DNA of 64,000 bases from Callorhinchus milii (Eukaryota). Numbering within the stretch: the stretch's first letter is position 1; each line of letters starts with the position of its first letter. The stretch covers positions 93,498,001 through 93,562,000 of the forward strand of contig NW_024704742.1 in the NCBI RefSeq assembly GCF_018977255.1, written 5' to 3'. Of the stretch, positions 1-12,670 are shown piece by piece. Made by a program: the position numbers and the translations under genes. A model generated the notes under the pieces. The model had not been told where the DNA came from, did no database searches, and saw only the letters and a list, made by a program, of their open reading frames with translations.

Positions 1-259
1 CTAAAAGAAAAAGTTTTTAGTACTAACCCTCAGCTTCTTCTGCTAAAAGAAAGGTTTCAGTTACAAGACCTTGCTAGGCAATAACGTTCTCCGAAGAAGA
101 AATGAGACACTCTAAGAGTCACTACCCTGCGTGGAGGGTGCTATATAAGTGCAAGTTGTTGATGCTGAGTGAGAGAGAATAAAAGGGGTTTGACAGCAGC
201 ACCAGTCTGACTTTCAATGGTTTTACTTAACTGTCGCCATTGATACACTGTCTCTTAGC

Positions 260-2993
260 GAGAGACACTTGAGTGACAGAGATCAGTACCTGGGGGGAGA
301 GACACTGTGAGTGACAGAGATCAGTACTCTGGGGGAGAGACACTGTGAGTGACAGAGTCAGTACCCTGGGGGAGAGACACTATGAGTGACAGAGATCAGT
401 ACCCTGGGGGAGAGACACTGTGAGTGACAGAGATCAGTACCTGGGGGAGAGACACGGTGAGTGACAGAGATCAGTACCCTGGGGTGAGCGACACTATGAG
501 TGACAGACATCAGTACCCTGGGGGGAGAGACACTATGTGTGACACAGAGCTCAGTACCCTGAGGGGAGAGACACTATGAGTGACAGAGATCAGTACCCTG
601 GGGTGAGAGACACTATGAGTGACAGAGATCAGTACCCTGGGGGAGAGACACTATGAGTGACAAAGATCAGTACTCTGGGGGGAGAGACACTATGAGTGAC
701 AGAGCTCGGTACCCTGGGGGAGAAACACTATGAGTGACAGAGATCAGTACTCCTGGGGGAGAGACACTATGAGTGACAGAGATCAGTACCCTGGGGGAGA
801 GACACTATGTGTGACAGAGCTCAGTACCTGGGGGAGAGACACTATGAGTGACAGAGATCAGTACCCTGGGGGAGAGACACTGTGAGCGACACAAGAGCTC
901 AGTACCCTGGGGGAGAGACACTGTGAGTGACAGAGATCAGTACCCTGGGGGAGAGACACTGTGAGTGACAGAGATCAGTACCCTGGGGGGAGAGACACTA
1001 TGAGTGACAGAGATCAGTACCCTGGGGGAGAGACACTGTGAGTGACAGAGATCAGTACTCTGGGGGGAGAGACACTGTGAGTGACAGAGATCAGTACCTG
1101 GGGGAGAGACACTGTGAGTGACAAGGATCAGTACCCTGGGGGAGAGACACTATGAGTGACAGAGATCAGTACCCTGGGGGGAGAGACACTATGAGTGACA
1201 GAGATCAGTACCTGGGGGGAGAGACACTATGTGAGTGACAGAGATCAGTACCCTGGGGGAGAGACACTGTGAGTGACAGAGATCAGTACCCTGGGGGAGA
1301 GACACTATGTGTGACAGAGATCAGTACCCTGGGGGAGAGACACTATGTGTGACACAGAGCTCAGTACCCAGGGGGAGAGACACTATGTGTGACACAGAGC
1401 TCAGTACCCAGGGGGAGAGACACTGTGTGTGACACAGAGCTCAGTACCCTGGGGGAGAGACACTGTGAGTGACAGAGATCAGTACCCTGGGGGAGAGAAC
1501 TATGAGTGACAGAGCTCAGTACCCTGGGGGGAGAGACACTATGAGTGACACAGAGCTCAGTACCCTGGGCGAGAGACACGATGTGTGACAGAGCTCAGTA
1601 CCCTGGAGGGAGAGACACTGTGAGTGACAGAGATCAGTACCTGGGGGAGAGACACTATGAGTGACAGAGCTCAGTACCCTGGGGGAGACACTGTGTGTGA
1701 CAGAGCTCAGTACCCTGGGGGGAGAGACACAGTGTGTGACACAGAGCTCAGTACCCTGGGGGGAGAGACACTATGTGTGACAGAGCTCAGTACTCTGGGG
1801 GGAGAGACACTGTGTGTGACACAGAGCTCAGTACCCTGGGGTGAGAGACACTGTGAGTGACACAGAGATCAGTACCCTGGGGGAGAGACACTATGATGAC
1901 ACAGAGCTCAGTACCCTGAGGGGAGAGACACTATGTATGACACAGAGCTCAGTACCCTGGGGGAGAGACACTATGAGTGACAGAGATCAGTACCCTGGGG
2001 GGAGAGACACTATGTGTGACAGACATCAGTACCCTGGGGGGAGAGACACTGTGAGTGACACAGATCAGTACCCTGGGGGGGAGACACTATGAGTGACAGA
2101 GATCAGTACCCTGGGGGAGAGACACTATGTGACAGACATCGTACCCTGGGGGAGAGACACTGTGAGTGACACAGATCAGTACCCTGGGGGAGACACTATG
2201 AGTGACAGAGATCAGTACCCTGGGGGAGAGACACTATGTGATAGAGATCAGTACCCTGGGGGGGAGACACTATGAGTGACAGAGATCAGTACCCTGGGGG
2301 GAGAGACACTGTGAGTGACAGACATCAGTACCCTGGGGGGAGACACTGTGAGTGACAGACATCAGTACCCTGGGGGGAGAGACACTGTGAGTGACAGAGA
2401 TCAGTACCCTGAGGGGAGAGACACGGTGAGTGACAGAGATCAGTACCCTGGGGTGAGAGACACTATGAGTGACAGACATCAGTACCCTGGGGGGAGAGAC
2501 ACTGTGAGTGACAGACATCAGTACCCTGGGGGAGAGACACTGTGAGTGACAGAGATCAGTACCCTGGGGGAGAGACACTGTGAGTGACAGACATCAGTAC
2601 CCTGGGGGGAGAGACACTGTGAGTGACAGAGCTCAGTACCCTGGGGGGAGAGACACTATGAGTGACAGAGATCAGTACCCTGGGGGAGAGACACTATGAG
2701 TGACAGAGATCAGTACCTGGGGGAGAGACACTATGAGTGACAGAGATCAGTACCTCTGGGGGAGAGACACTGTGAGTGACAGAGATCAGTACCCTGGGGG
2801 GAGAGACACTATGAGTGACAGAGATCAGTACCTGGGGGAGAGACACTATGTGTGACAGAGCTCAGTACTGGGGGGAGAGACACTATGAGTGACAAGATCA
2901 GTACCCTGGGGAGAAGACACTATGAAGTGACACAGATCAGTACCCTGGGGGAGAGACACTGTGAGTGACAGAGCTCATACGTGGGGGGAGAGA
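260..2993 (+). repeat. ~38-bp tandem satellite, block 1 (unit ~GAGAGACACT[A/G]TGAGTGACAGAGATCAGTACCCTGGGGG)
   Basis: Directly visible tandem units with variable G-run length and GATC/GCTC/CATC variants; ends at the N gap. Confidence 0.97.
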
Positions 2994-3018
2994 NNNNNNN
3001 NNNNNNNNNNNNNNNNNN
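2994..3018. other. Assembly gap (25 N)
   Basis: Run of n characters. Confidence 1.
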
Positions 3019-3114
3019 TGGCACTGAATGCATTTCACAAAGCTGGTCTGCTTCAGTTCTGTACATCATGACCTAATGGTCCGAATGGCTTTCTCTGTCG
3101 TAAATTTCTGCCTG

Positions 3115-3337
3115 AGGTCTGAAATTACACCTACACAAAGATAAATATTTGTCTTTAAGTTTAAGAACATTTAGAATTTGGAAATTCCTTAAATTCAGTC
3201 TTAATGTGGAAGACAGTTCTGTTAAGAACTGCAGAAAAATGGATTCAGAATTTAGGAATTTCCCACAATTCTTTGTGATCTTACAATTTTAAGACCTAAT
3301 GGACCTGGAGGCTAAGACTAGGTGTAATTTTGGACCT
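3115..3337. mobile_element. Degenerate fold-back / MITE-like element
   Basis: AGGTCTGAAATTACACCTA (3115-3133) is the reverse complement of TAGGTGTAATTTTGGACCT (3319-3337) at 17/19; inner arm GGAAATTCCTTAAATTC (~3180) pairs with GAATTTAGGAATTTCC (~3248). Confidence 0.6.
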
Positions 3338-4300
3338 TTGGTGGGTAAAAATCCACAATTGCTGTGACAAATGACATTACGTTAGCTATTGTGTATGTCA
3401 TTTTATTTATGAATGTGGGAAGCTCATGCAATGCTATTGATTTTACATAATATTTGCCAGAGGTACTGTACAAATAATTTGTAGTTGAAAAGATTTGTTG
3501 TTTGTGCTTGTTTATGAATGTTTATTTTTCACAAAAGTTTTCAGTTGCTTTTAAAAGGATTGAAAAGAAGCTGGTTGTAATTCGGTTATAGCGATTGAGA
3601 GTAAGTGACTTCATCAAGTGGTTTTAGATTTCTAGTCCTCTTATTATCTATCCAGTATAATTATTTGGATTAATTTGTTAATTTAATAAGTGCTATGGTT
3701 ATTGCATAGTCCATACATTATTTTAAAAAGCCAATTAGATGCTTGGTAAAGAAGAAGATTAAAGCTATGTGAGGAAAGTGGAATTAGACTGATTGGCTCA
3801 TTTGCGGAAAAGCACTTGATGGGCTGAATGAACTGTTTCTTTTCCTGCAATGTTCTGTTCTCTATACTGAAGTTAAATAATGTGTGTATATGTTCCTACT
3901 TTGCTCTGGACAGAGCATGTGTACATTTGCCAATGTCGAGTAGTGTGTGCAGTTGATGCTAATAGTGAGAGTGAGGTTTATCATATGGTGATACCTGGTT
4001 GTGGCTGTGTTTTTTGTCTTGGCGCAGCCTGCTTTGGCTGAGCTTAGCTTGCTTTTATTTCTAACATTAACTCGCTATAGGTCTGTCGGGTTTCAGTAGC
4101 ATGACTGCAATTTATGCAAGATTCTTCTTGCAGTTCTTAAGTGGGCATTGTTCAAGCTCTTCCCTGCTTCCCACAACTTTGCACGACTTGTAGAGCAATG
4201 TTTATAGACCTCCGTCAAGGTGTTTGTGGCACAGATTGTCTCTCTTTGCCAGGGAATGTGTGGACATAGATTGTTATCCTCATCCAGGGTGTCTGTATGG

Positions 4301-7300
4301 CCCCAGGGTACTGATCTCTGTCACTCATAGTGTCTCTCCCCCAGGGTACTGATGTCTGTCACTCACAGTGTCTCCCCCCAGGGTACTGATCTCTGTCACT
4401 CACAGTGTCTCTCCCCCAGGGTACTGATCTATGTCACTCACAGTGTCTCTCCCCCCAGGGTACTGATCTCTGTCACTCATAGTGTCTCTCCCCCCAGGGT
4501 ACTGAGCTCTGTCACACACAGTGTCTCTCCCCCAGGGTACTGATATCTGTCACTCATAGTGTCTCACCCCCCCAGGGTACTGATCTCTGTCACTCATAGT
4601 GTCTCTCCCCCCAGGGTACTGATCTCTGTCACTCATAGTGTCTCTCCCCCCAGGTACTGATCTCTGTCACTCATAGTGTCTCCCCCCAGGGTACTGATCT
4701 CTGTCACTCATAGTGTCTCTCCCCCAGGTACTGATCTCTGTCACTCATAGTGTCTCTCCCCCAGGGTACTGAGTCTCTGTCACATCATAGTGTCTCTCCC
4801 CCAGGGTACTGATCTCTGTCACTCACAGTGTCTCTCCCCCAGGGTACTGATCTCTGTCACTCATAGTGTCTCTCCCCCAGGGTACTGATCTCTGTCACTC
4901 ATAGTGTCTCCCCCCAGGGTACTGATCTGTGTCACTCACAGTGTCTCTCCCCCCAGGGTACTGATGTCTGTCACACATAGTGTCTCTCCCCCCAGGGTAC
5001 TGATCTCTGTCACTCATAGTGTCTCTCCCCCCAGGGTACTGAGCTCTGTGTCACATAGTGTCTCTCCCCCCAGGGTACTGAGCTCTGTGTCACACATAGT
5101 GTCTCTCACCCCAGGGTACTGATCTCTGTCACTCATAGTGTCTCTCCCCCAGGGTACTGAGCTCTCTGTCACACAGTGTCTCTCCCCCAGGGTACTGAGC
5201 TCTGTCACTCACAGTGTCTCTCCCCCAGGGTACTGATCTCTGTCACTCATAGTGTCTCTCCCCCAGGGTACTGAGCTCTGTCACACATAGTGTCTCTCCC
5301 CCAGGGTACTGATCTCTGTCACTCATAGTGTCTCTCCACCCAGGGTACTGATCTCTGTCACTCATAGTGTCTCTCCCCCAGGGTACTGATCTCTGTCACT
5401 CACAGTGTCTCTCCCCCAGGGTACTGAGCTCTATGTCACACACAGTGTCTCTCCCCCCAGGGTACTGAGCTCTGTGTCACACACAGTGTCTCTCCCCCAG
5501 GGTACTGATCTCTGTCACTCATAGTGTCTCTCCCCCCAGGGTACTGATCTCTGTCACTCATAGTGTCTCTCCCCCCAGGGTACTGATCTCTGTCACTCAC
5601 AGTGTCTCTCCCCCCAGGGTACTGATCTCTGTCACTCATAGTGTCTCTCCCCCAGGGTACTGATCTCTGTCACTCACAGTGTCTCTCCCCCCAGGGTACT
5701 GATCTCTGTCACTCACAGTGTCTCTCCCCCAGGGTACTGATCTCTGTCACTCATAGTGTCTCTCCCCCAGGGTACTGATCTCTGTCACTCACAGTGTCTC
5801 TCCCCCAGGGTACTGATCTCTGTCACTCACAGTGTCTCTCCCCCCAGGGTACTGATCTCTGTCACTCACAGTGTCTCTCCCCCCAGGGTACTGATCTCTG
5901 TCACTCACAGTGTCTCTCCCCCAGGGTACTGATCTCTGTCACTCATAGTGTCTCTCCCCCCAGGGTACTGATCTCTGTCACTCACAGTGTCTCTCCCCCC
6001 AGGGTACTGATCTCTGTCACTCACAGTGTCTCTCCCCCCAGAGTACTGATCTCTGTCACTCATAGTGTTCTCCCCCAGGGTACTGATCTCTGTCACTCAT
6101 AGTGTATCTCCCCCCAGAGTACTGATCTCTGTCACTCATAGTGTCTCTCCCCCCAGGGTACTGATCTCTGTCACTCATAGTGTCTCTCCCCCAGGTACTG
6201 AGCTCTGTGTCACTCACAGTGTCTCTCCCCCCAGGGTGCTGAGCTCTGTGTCACACATAGTGTCTCTCCCCCCAGGGTACTGATGTCTGTCACTCATAGT
6301 GTCTCTCACCCCAGGGTACTGATCTCTGTCACTCACCGTGTCTCTCCCCTCAGGGTACTGATCTCTGTCACTCATAGTATTTCTCCCCCAGGTACTGATC
6401 TCTGTCACTCACAGTGTCTCTCCCCCCAGGGTACTGATCTCTGTCACTCACAGTGTCTGTCCCCCCAGGGTACTGATCTCTGTCACTCATAGTATTTCTC
6501 CCCCCAGGGTACTGATCTCTGTCACTCATAGTGTCTCTCCCCCCAGGGTACTGATCTCTGTCACTCATAGTGTCTCTCCCCCAGGGTACTGAGCTCTGTG
6601 TGACTCACAGTGTCTCTCCCCCCAGGGTGCTGAGCTCTGTGTCACACATAGTGTCTCTGCCCCCAGGGTACTCAGCTCTGTGTCACGTAGTGTCTCTCCC
6701 CCCAGGGTACTGAGCTCTGTGTCACTCACAGTGTCTCTCCCCCCAGGGTACTGATCTCTGTCACTCACAGTGTCTCTCCCCCCAGGGTACTGTCGTCTGT
6801 CACTCACAGTGTCTCTCCCCCAGGGTACTGATGCTCTGTCACTCACAGTGTCTCTCCCCCCAGGGTACTGATCTCTGTCACTCATAGTGGTCTCCCCCAG
6901 GGTACTGATCTCTGTCACTCATAGTGTCTCCCCCCAGGGTACTGATCTCTGTCACTCACTAGTGTCTCTCCCCCCAGGGTACTGAGCTCTGTCACTCACA
7001 GTGTCTCTCCCCCAGGGTACTGATCTCTGTCACTCACAGTGTCTCCCCCAGGGTACTGATCTCTGTCACTCATAGTGTCTCTCCCCCCAGGGTACTGATC
7101 TCTGTCACTACATAGTGCTCTCTCCCCCAGGAGTACTGATCTCTGTCACTCATAGTTTCTCCCCCCCAGGTACTGATCTCTGTCACTCACAGTGTCTCTC
7201 CCCCCAGGGTACTGATCTCTGTCACACATAGTGTATCTCCCCCAGGGTACTGATCTCTGTCACTCAGTGTCTCCCCCCAGGGTACTGATCTCTGTCACTC

Positions 7301-7392
7301 ACAGTGTCTTCCCCCCAGGGTACTGATCTCTGTCACTCATAGTCTCTCCCCCCAGGGTACTGATCTCTGTCACTCATAGTGTCTCTCCCCCA
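4301..7392 (-). repeat. ~38-bp tandem satellite, block 2 (inverted orientation)
   Basis: Units CCCCAGGGTACTGATCTCTGTCACTCA[T/C]AGTGTCTCTC are the reverse complement of the block 1 unit. Confidence 0.97.
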
Positions 7393-10300
7393 GGGAGAGA
7401 CACTATGAGTGACAGAGATCAGTACCCTGGGGAGAGACACTGAGTGTGACACAGAGACTCAGTACCTGTGGGGAGAGACCTATGAGTGACACAGAGATCA
7501 GTACCCTGGGGGAGAGACACTATGTGTGACACAGATCAGTAACCCAGGGGGAGAGACACTATGTGTGACAGAGCTCAGTACCCTGGGGGAGAGACACTAT
7601 GAGTGACAGAGATCAGTACTCTGGGGGGAGAGACACTGTGAGTGACAGGGATCAGTACCCTGGGAGGAGAGACACTATGAGTGACAGAGATCAGTACCCT
7701 GGGGGAGAGACACTGTGAGTGACAGAGATCAGTACCCTGGGGGGAGAGACACTGTGAGTGACAGAGATCAGTACCCTGGGGGAGAGACACTGTGAGTGAC
7801 AGAGATCAGTACCCTGGGGGGAGAGACACTATGTGTGATAGAGCTCAGTACCCTGAGGTGAGAGACACTATGAGTGACAGAGATCAGTACCCTGGGGGGA
7901 GAGACACTATGAGTGACAGAGATCAGTACCCTGGGGGGAGAGACACTATGAGTGACAGAGATCAGTACTGTGGGGGGAGAGACACTATGAGTGACAGAGA
8001 TCAGTACCCTGGGGGTAGAAACACTATGAGTGACATAGATCAGTACTCTGGGGGGAGAGACACTATGAGTGACAGAGATCAGTACCCTGGGGGGAGAGAC
8101 ACTGTGTGTGACAGAGCTCAGTACGCTGGGGGGAGAGACACTATGAGTGACAGAGATCAGTACCGTGGGGGAGAGACACTGTGAGCGACACAGAGCTCAG
8201 TACCCTGGGGGGAGAGACACTGTGAGTGACAGTGATCAGTACCCTGGGGGGAGAGACACTGTGAGTGACAGACATCAGTACGCTGGGGGGAGAGACACTA
8301 TGAGTGACAGAGATCAGTACCCTGGGGGAGAGACACTGTGAGTGACAGAGATCAGTACTCTGGGGGGAGAGACACTGTGAGTGACAGAGATCAGTACTCT
8401 GGGGGGAGAGACACTGTGAGTGACAGGGATCAGTACCCTGGGAGGAGAGACACTATGAGTGACAGAGATCAGTACCCAGGGGGAGAGACACTGTGAGTGA
8501 CAGGGATCAGTACCTTGGGGGGAGAGACACAATGTGAGTGACAGAGATCAGTACCCTGGGGGGAGAGACACTGTGAGTGACAGAGATCAGTACCCTGGGG
8601 GGAGAGACACTATGTGTGACAGAGATGAGTACCCTGAGGGGAGAGACACTATGTGTGACACAGAGCTCAGTACCCAGGGGGAGAGACACTATGTGTGACA
8701 CAGAGCTCAGTACCCAGGGGGAGAGACACTGTGTGTGACACAGAGCTCAGTACCCTGGGGGGAGAGACACTGTGAGTGACAGAGATCAGTACCCTGGGGG
8801 AGAGACACTATGAGTGACAGAGCTCAGTACCCTGGGGGAGAGACACTATGAGTGACACAGAGCTCAGTACCCTGGGGGGAGAGACACTATGAGTGACAGA
8901 GCTCAGTACCCTGGGGGAGAGACACTATGTGTGACAGAGCTCAGTACCCTGGCGGGAGAGACACTATGAGTGACACAGAGCTCATTACCCTCGGGGGAGA
9001 GACACTGTGTGTGACAGAGCTCAGTACCCTGGGGGAGAGACACTGAGTGTGACACAGAGCTCAGTACCCTGGGGGGAGAGACACTATGAGTGACAGAGCT
9101 CAGTACCCTGGGGTGAGAGACACTATGTGTGACACAGAGCTCAGTACCCTGTGGGGAGAGACACTATGAGTGACACAGAGATCAGTACCCTGAGGGGAGA
9201 GACACTATGTATGACACAGAGCTCAGTACCCAGGGGGAGAGACACTATGTGTGACACAGAGCTCAGTACCCTGGGGGAGAGACACTATGAGTGACAGAGA
9301 TCAGTACCCTGGGGGGAGAGACACTATGTGTGACAGACATCCGTACCCTGGGGGGAGAGACACTGTGAGTGACACAGATCAGTACCCTGGGGGGGGAGAC
9401 ACTATGAGTGACAGAGATCAGTACCCTGGGGGGAGAGACACTATGTGTGACAGACATCCGTACCCTGGGGGGAGAGACACTGTGAGTGACACAGATCAGT
9501 ACCCTGGGGGGGGAGACACTATGAGTGACAGAGATCAGTACCCTGGGGGGAGAGACACTATGTGTGATAGAGATCAGTACCCTGGGGGGGGAGACACTAT
9601 GAGTGACAGAGATCAGTACCCTGGGGGGAGAGACACTGTGAGTGACAGACATCAGTACCCTGGGGGGAGAGACACTGTGAGTGACAGACATCAGTACCCT
9701 GGGGGGAGAGACACTGTGAGTGACAGACATCAGTACCCTGGGGGGAGAGATACTGTGAGTGACACAGATCAGTACCCTGGGGGGAGAGACACTATGAGTG
9801 ACAGACATCAGTACCCTGGGGGGAGAGACACTGTGAGTGACAGACATCAGTACCCTGGGGGGAGAGACACTGTGAGTGACAGACATCAGTACCCTGGGGG
9901 GAGAGACACTGTGAGTGACAGACATCAGTACCCTGGGGGGAGAGACACTGTGTGTGACAGAGCTCAGTAACCTGGGGGGGAGAGACACTATGAGTGACAG
10001 AGATCAGTACTCTGGGGGGAGAGACACTGTGAGTGACAGAGATCAGTACTCTGGGGGGAGAGACACTATGAGTGACAGAGATCAGTACCCTGGGGGGAGA
10101 GACACTGTGAGTGACAGAGATCAGTACCCTGGGGGGGGAGACACTATGAGTGACAGAGATCAGTACTCTGGGGGGAGAGACACTATGAGTGACAGAGATT
10201 AGTACTCTGGGAGGAGAGACACTGTGTGTGACAGAGCTCAGTACTGTGGGGGGAGAGACACTATGAGTGACACAGATCAGTACCCTGGGGGGAGAGACAC

Positions 10301-10408
10301 TATGAGTGACACAGATCAGTACCCTGGGGGGAGAGACACTGTGAGTGACAGAGCTCAGTACTGTGGGGGGAGAGACACTATGAGTGACAGAGCTCAGTAC
10401 TGTGGGAG
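7393..10408 (+). repeat. ~38-bp tandem satellite, block 3 (forward orientation)
   Basis: Same unit; orientation switches at GTCTCTCCC-CCA-GGGAGAGAC (7381-7401); last unit merges into the promoter. Confidence 0.97.
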
Positions 10409-10710
10409 GCGAGGGCCGCAATCAGCCAATAGGAGCCGAGGTCAGCGAGCGCCGCCCCCGTTGATTGGCGGCGGCTCCGAGCGGGATGAGAGAGGCGGCG
10501 TCCGATTGGCGCAGCGCGGCTGCCAGTCAGGAATCCGGGCGGGGTCCGACGTTTGCCGAAAAGGCGGGAAATGCTTAAACGCGGGAGTTGGTGTCCGAGC
10601 GGCTGCCGCGTCCCCACCGCCTATTTATTTATTATTGTACCTTGTGTGTGTGTCGGGCAGGGAGTCGCCCCCCTCCTCCCCCCCCCGCCGCCGCCTCCCC
10701 GGGGGGCGCC
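10409..10710 (+). promoter_or_regulatory. ZNF367: ZNF367 CpG-rich promoter/5'UTR with three CCAAT boxes, GC boxes and an E2F site
   Basis: CCAAT 10426-10430; ATTGG 10464-10468 and 10505-10509; GGGCGGGG 10537-10544; GGCGGGAAA 10563-10571 (reverse complement TTTCCCGCC, canonical E2F); high CpG density; no TATA box. Confidence 0.85.
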
Positions 10711-10953
10711 ATGGCCGAACCCCCCATCGCCTGCGATTCCCCCAAACGTGTCTCTGTGATCAGGACCACCCCGATCAAACCCAAGCGGGTGGAGCTGACC
10801 CCCACCAGCCCGGGCTTCAGCGACTTCATGGTCTATCCCTGGAAATGGGGCGAGAACGCTCACAACGTGACCCTCAGCCCCGGGGGCCCCTTCCAGGGCG
10901 GCGGCGGAGACCACCAGCTCGGGGCTGCGGCTCTGGACCGGGAGCTCTCTCAG
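10711..10953 (+). CDS. ZNF367: Zinc finger protein 367, coding exon 1
   Basis: GCCATGG Kozak start; MAEPPIACDSPKRVSVIRTTPIKP...TSPGFSDFMVYPWKWGENAHNVTLSP matches the conserved ZNF367 N-terminus; donor CAG|GTGGGT, phase 0. Confidence 0.93.
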
Positions 10954-11163
10954 GTGGGTCAGTGGGCACCGATGCCATTACCTCTCTCCCCGTCTCCCCA
11001 GTCCCCTGGTCTTTCTGCATCAGCACTCGGGAGTTTGCAGTGTGTGTGTATATATATATATATATATACATATAATTGTGGGTATATTGTTTCTCCACTA
11101 AATCTGCGCTGATTTTTACTTTAAAATTCGCGCTTCATCCAACACATTGTGTTTGGCTTTATG

Positions 11164-11776
11164 TGATGTGTGGGTGTGTGTGTGTGGGGGTGTGTGGGGG
11201 TGTGTGGGGGTGAGGGTGTGTGTGTGAGGGTGTGGGTGAGGGTGTGTGTGTGTGGAGGGGGTGAGGGTCTGGGTGAGGGTGAGGGGGTGTGTGTGGGGGT
11301 GAGGGTGAGGGGGTGTGTGTGGGGGTGAGGGTGTGTGTGTGTGGAGGGGGTGAGGGTGTGGGTGAGGGGGTGTGTGTGGGTGAGGGGGTGTGTGGGGGTG
11401 AGGGTGGCTGTGAGGGTTGCGGGTGTGTGGGGGTGAGGGTGGGGTGAGGGTGTGTGTGTGTGAGGGTGTGTGTGGGGGTGAGGGTGTGAGGGTGTGTGGG
11501 GGTGAGGGTGTGTGTGGGGGTGAGGGTGTGTGTGAGGGGGTGTGTGGGGGTGAGGGTGTGTGTGTGTGGGTGAGGGTGAGGGTGTGTGTGGGTGAGGGTG
11601 TGTGTGGGTGAGGGTGTGTGGGTGAGGGTGTGGGTGTGGGTGAGGGTGTGGGTGTGTGTGGGGGTGTGTGTGGGGGTGTGTGTGAGGGTGGGGGTGAGGG
11701 TGAGGGTGTGTGTGTGGGGGGGGGGTGTGGGGGTGAGGGTGTGTGTGTGTGAGGGTGTGTGTGGGTGTGTGTGTAG
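11164..11776 (+). repeat. G/T-rich low-complexity tract ((GT)n mixed with TGAGGG units and G-runs)
   Basis: Visible composition of GTGT, GGGTGAGGGT and GGGGG motifs. Confidence 0.9.
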
Positions 11777-12172
11777 GGGGGGTCACAAGTGCTTTCAAAT
11801 GACCCGCTCGTCTGTTTCACATCCCTCTTTATTTTTCTTCTCTCTCTCTCTCTCTCTCTCTCTTTCACTCGTCTTTTTTTATTTTGTCTTTGAAACGTTT
11901 TTTTTTAAAAAAAAATAGGCATAAATAATATAGATTTTTTTTTAAAAAAAAGGCGTGTGTCGGTGGAGGGGCAGTAAAGTGCAATGGGGGGGACCGAACG
12001 GGTTAAGTGCAGGGACCCAGTGAGCGGGAGGGGAAGGGGGGGGTGTGTCTGGGTGTACCCCCCCCTCCCCTCCCCTCTCCCCTCTCCCCTCTCTCTCTCC
12101 CTCTCGGTGTGTGTCTGTGGTGCAGGTCCTGGGTCTGTGTTGGCGCGCAATTTTACTGTTCAATATCACACA

Positions 12173-12204
<32 letters not shown>

Positions 12205-12539
12205 AAAAGAAAGAGAGAGAGAGAGAGAGAGAGAAGCGCTGCGATCAACACATAAACAAACCAGAGGGAGGAGAGGCTGCACCGAGGGGGCGGTCACTGA
12301 CCCCCCGCACACAGACCCCCCCCCACCCCCCAACCCCCCCCTCGCATTTCATTCTCGTTTCGCATCTCCGGCTTCTCTTTATGCAACAAAACCGTCTTCA
12401 TCTCTCTGTGTTTTTATATATATATATATATATATCCACATATACGAACATAATATATGTCGATCCTCTCTCTGGGTCGCAGCTGAATGATTAGCAGATG
12501 AATGAAATCACTTCCTGGTGAGGTTTGTCAGACGCCACT

Positions 12540-12670
12540 CAACACCCAACCCCCAGCTCCCCAGCCCACCCCCCAGCCCCCCACCCCCCCAGCCCCCAGC
12601 CCCCACCCACCAGCCCACCAGCCCACCAGCCCCCCAACCCCCCAACCCCCCCCCAGCCCCCCAGCCCACC
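12540..12670 (+). repeat. C-rich low-complexity tract (CCCCAG/CCCACC)
   Basis: Visible composition. Confidence 0.8.

Noticed and set aside
4301..7392. Repeated CACAGTG (V(D)J RSS heptamer)
   Set aside because: No ACAAAAACC-like nonamer at 12 or 23 bp and no Ig/TCR segments nearby
260..10408. CRISPR-like array (regular ~38-bp periodicity)
   Set aside because: Units are contiguous with no unique spacers, there are no cas genes, and the context is a spliced eukaryotic locus
1361..10421. Many ORFs with DRDQYPGG / VTHSVSPP repeats
   Set aside because: They are translations of the satellite; the frame depends on G-run length and there is no splice or start context
10224..11112. Long ORFs 10224-11075 and the extension of 10588-11112
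   Set aside because: GC-rich promoter and intron read-through; homology starts at the Kozak ATG 10711 and stops at the donor at 10954
11164..11776. Interstitial telomere
   Set aside because: Units are TGAGGG mixed with (GT)n; no TTAGGG array
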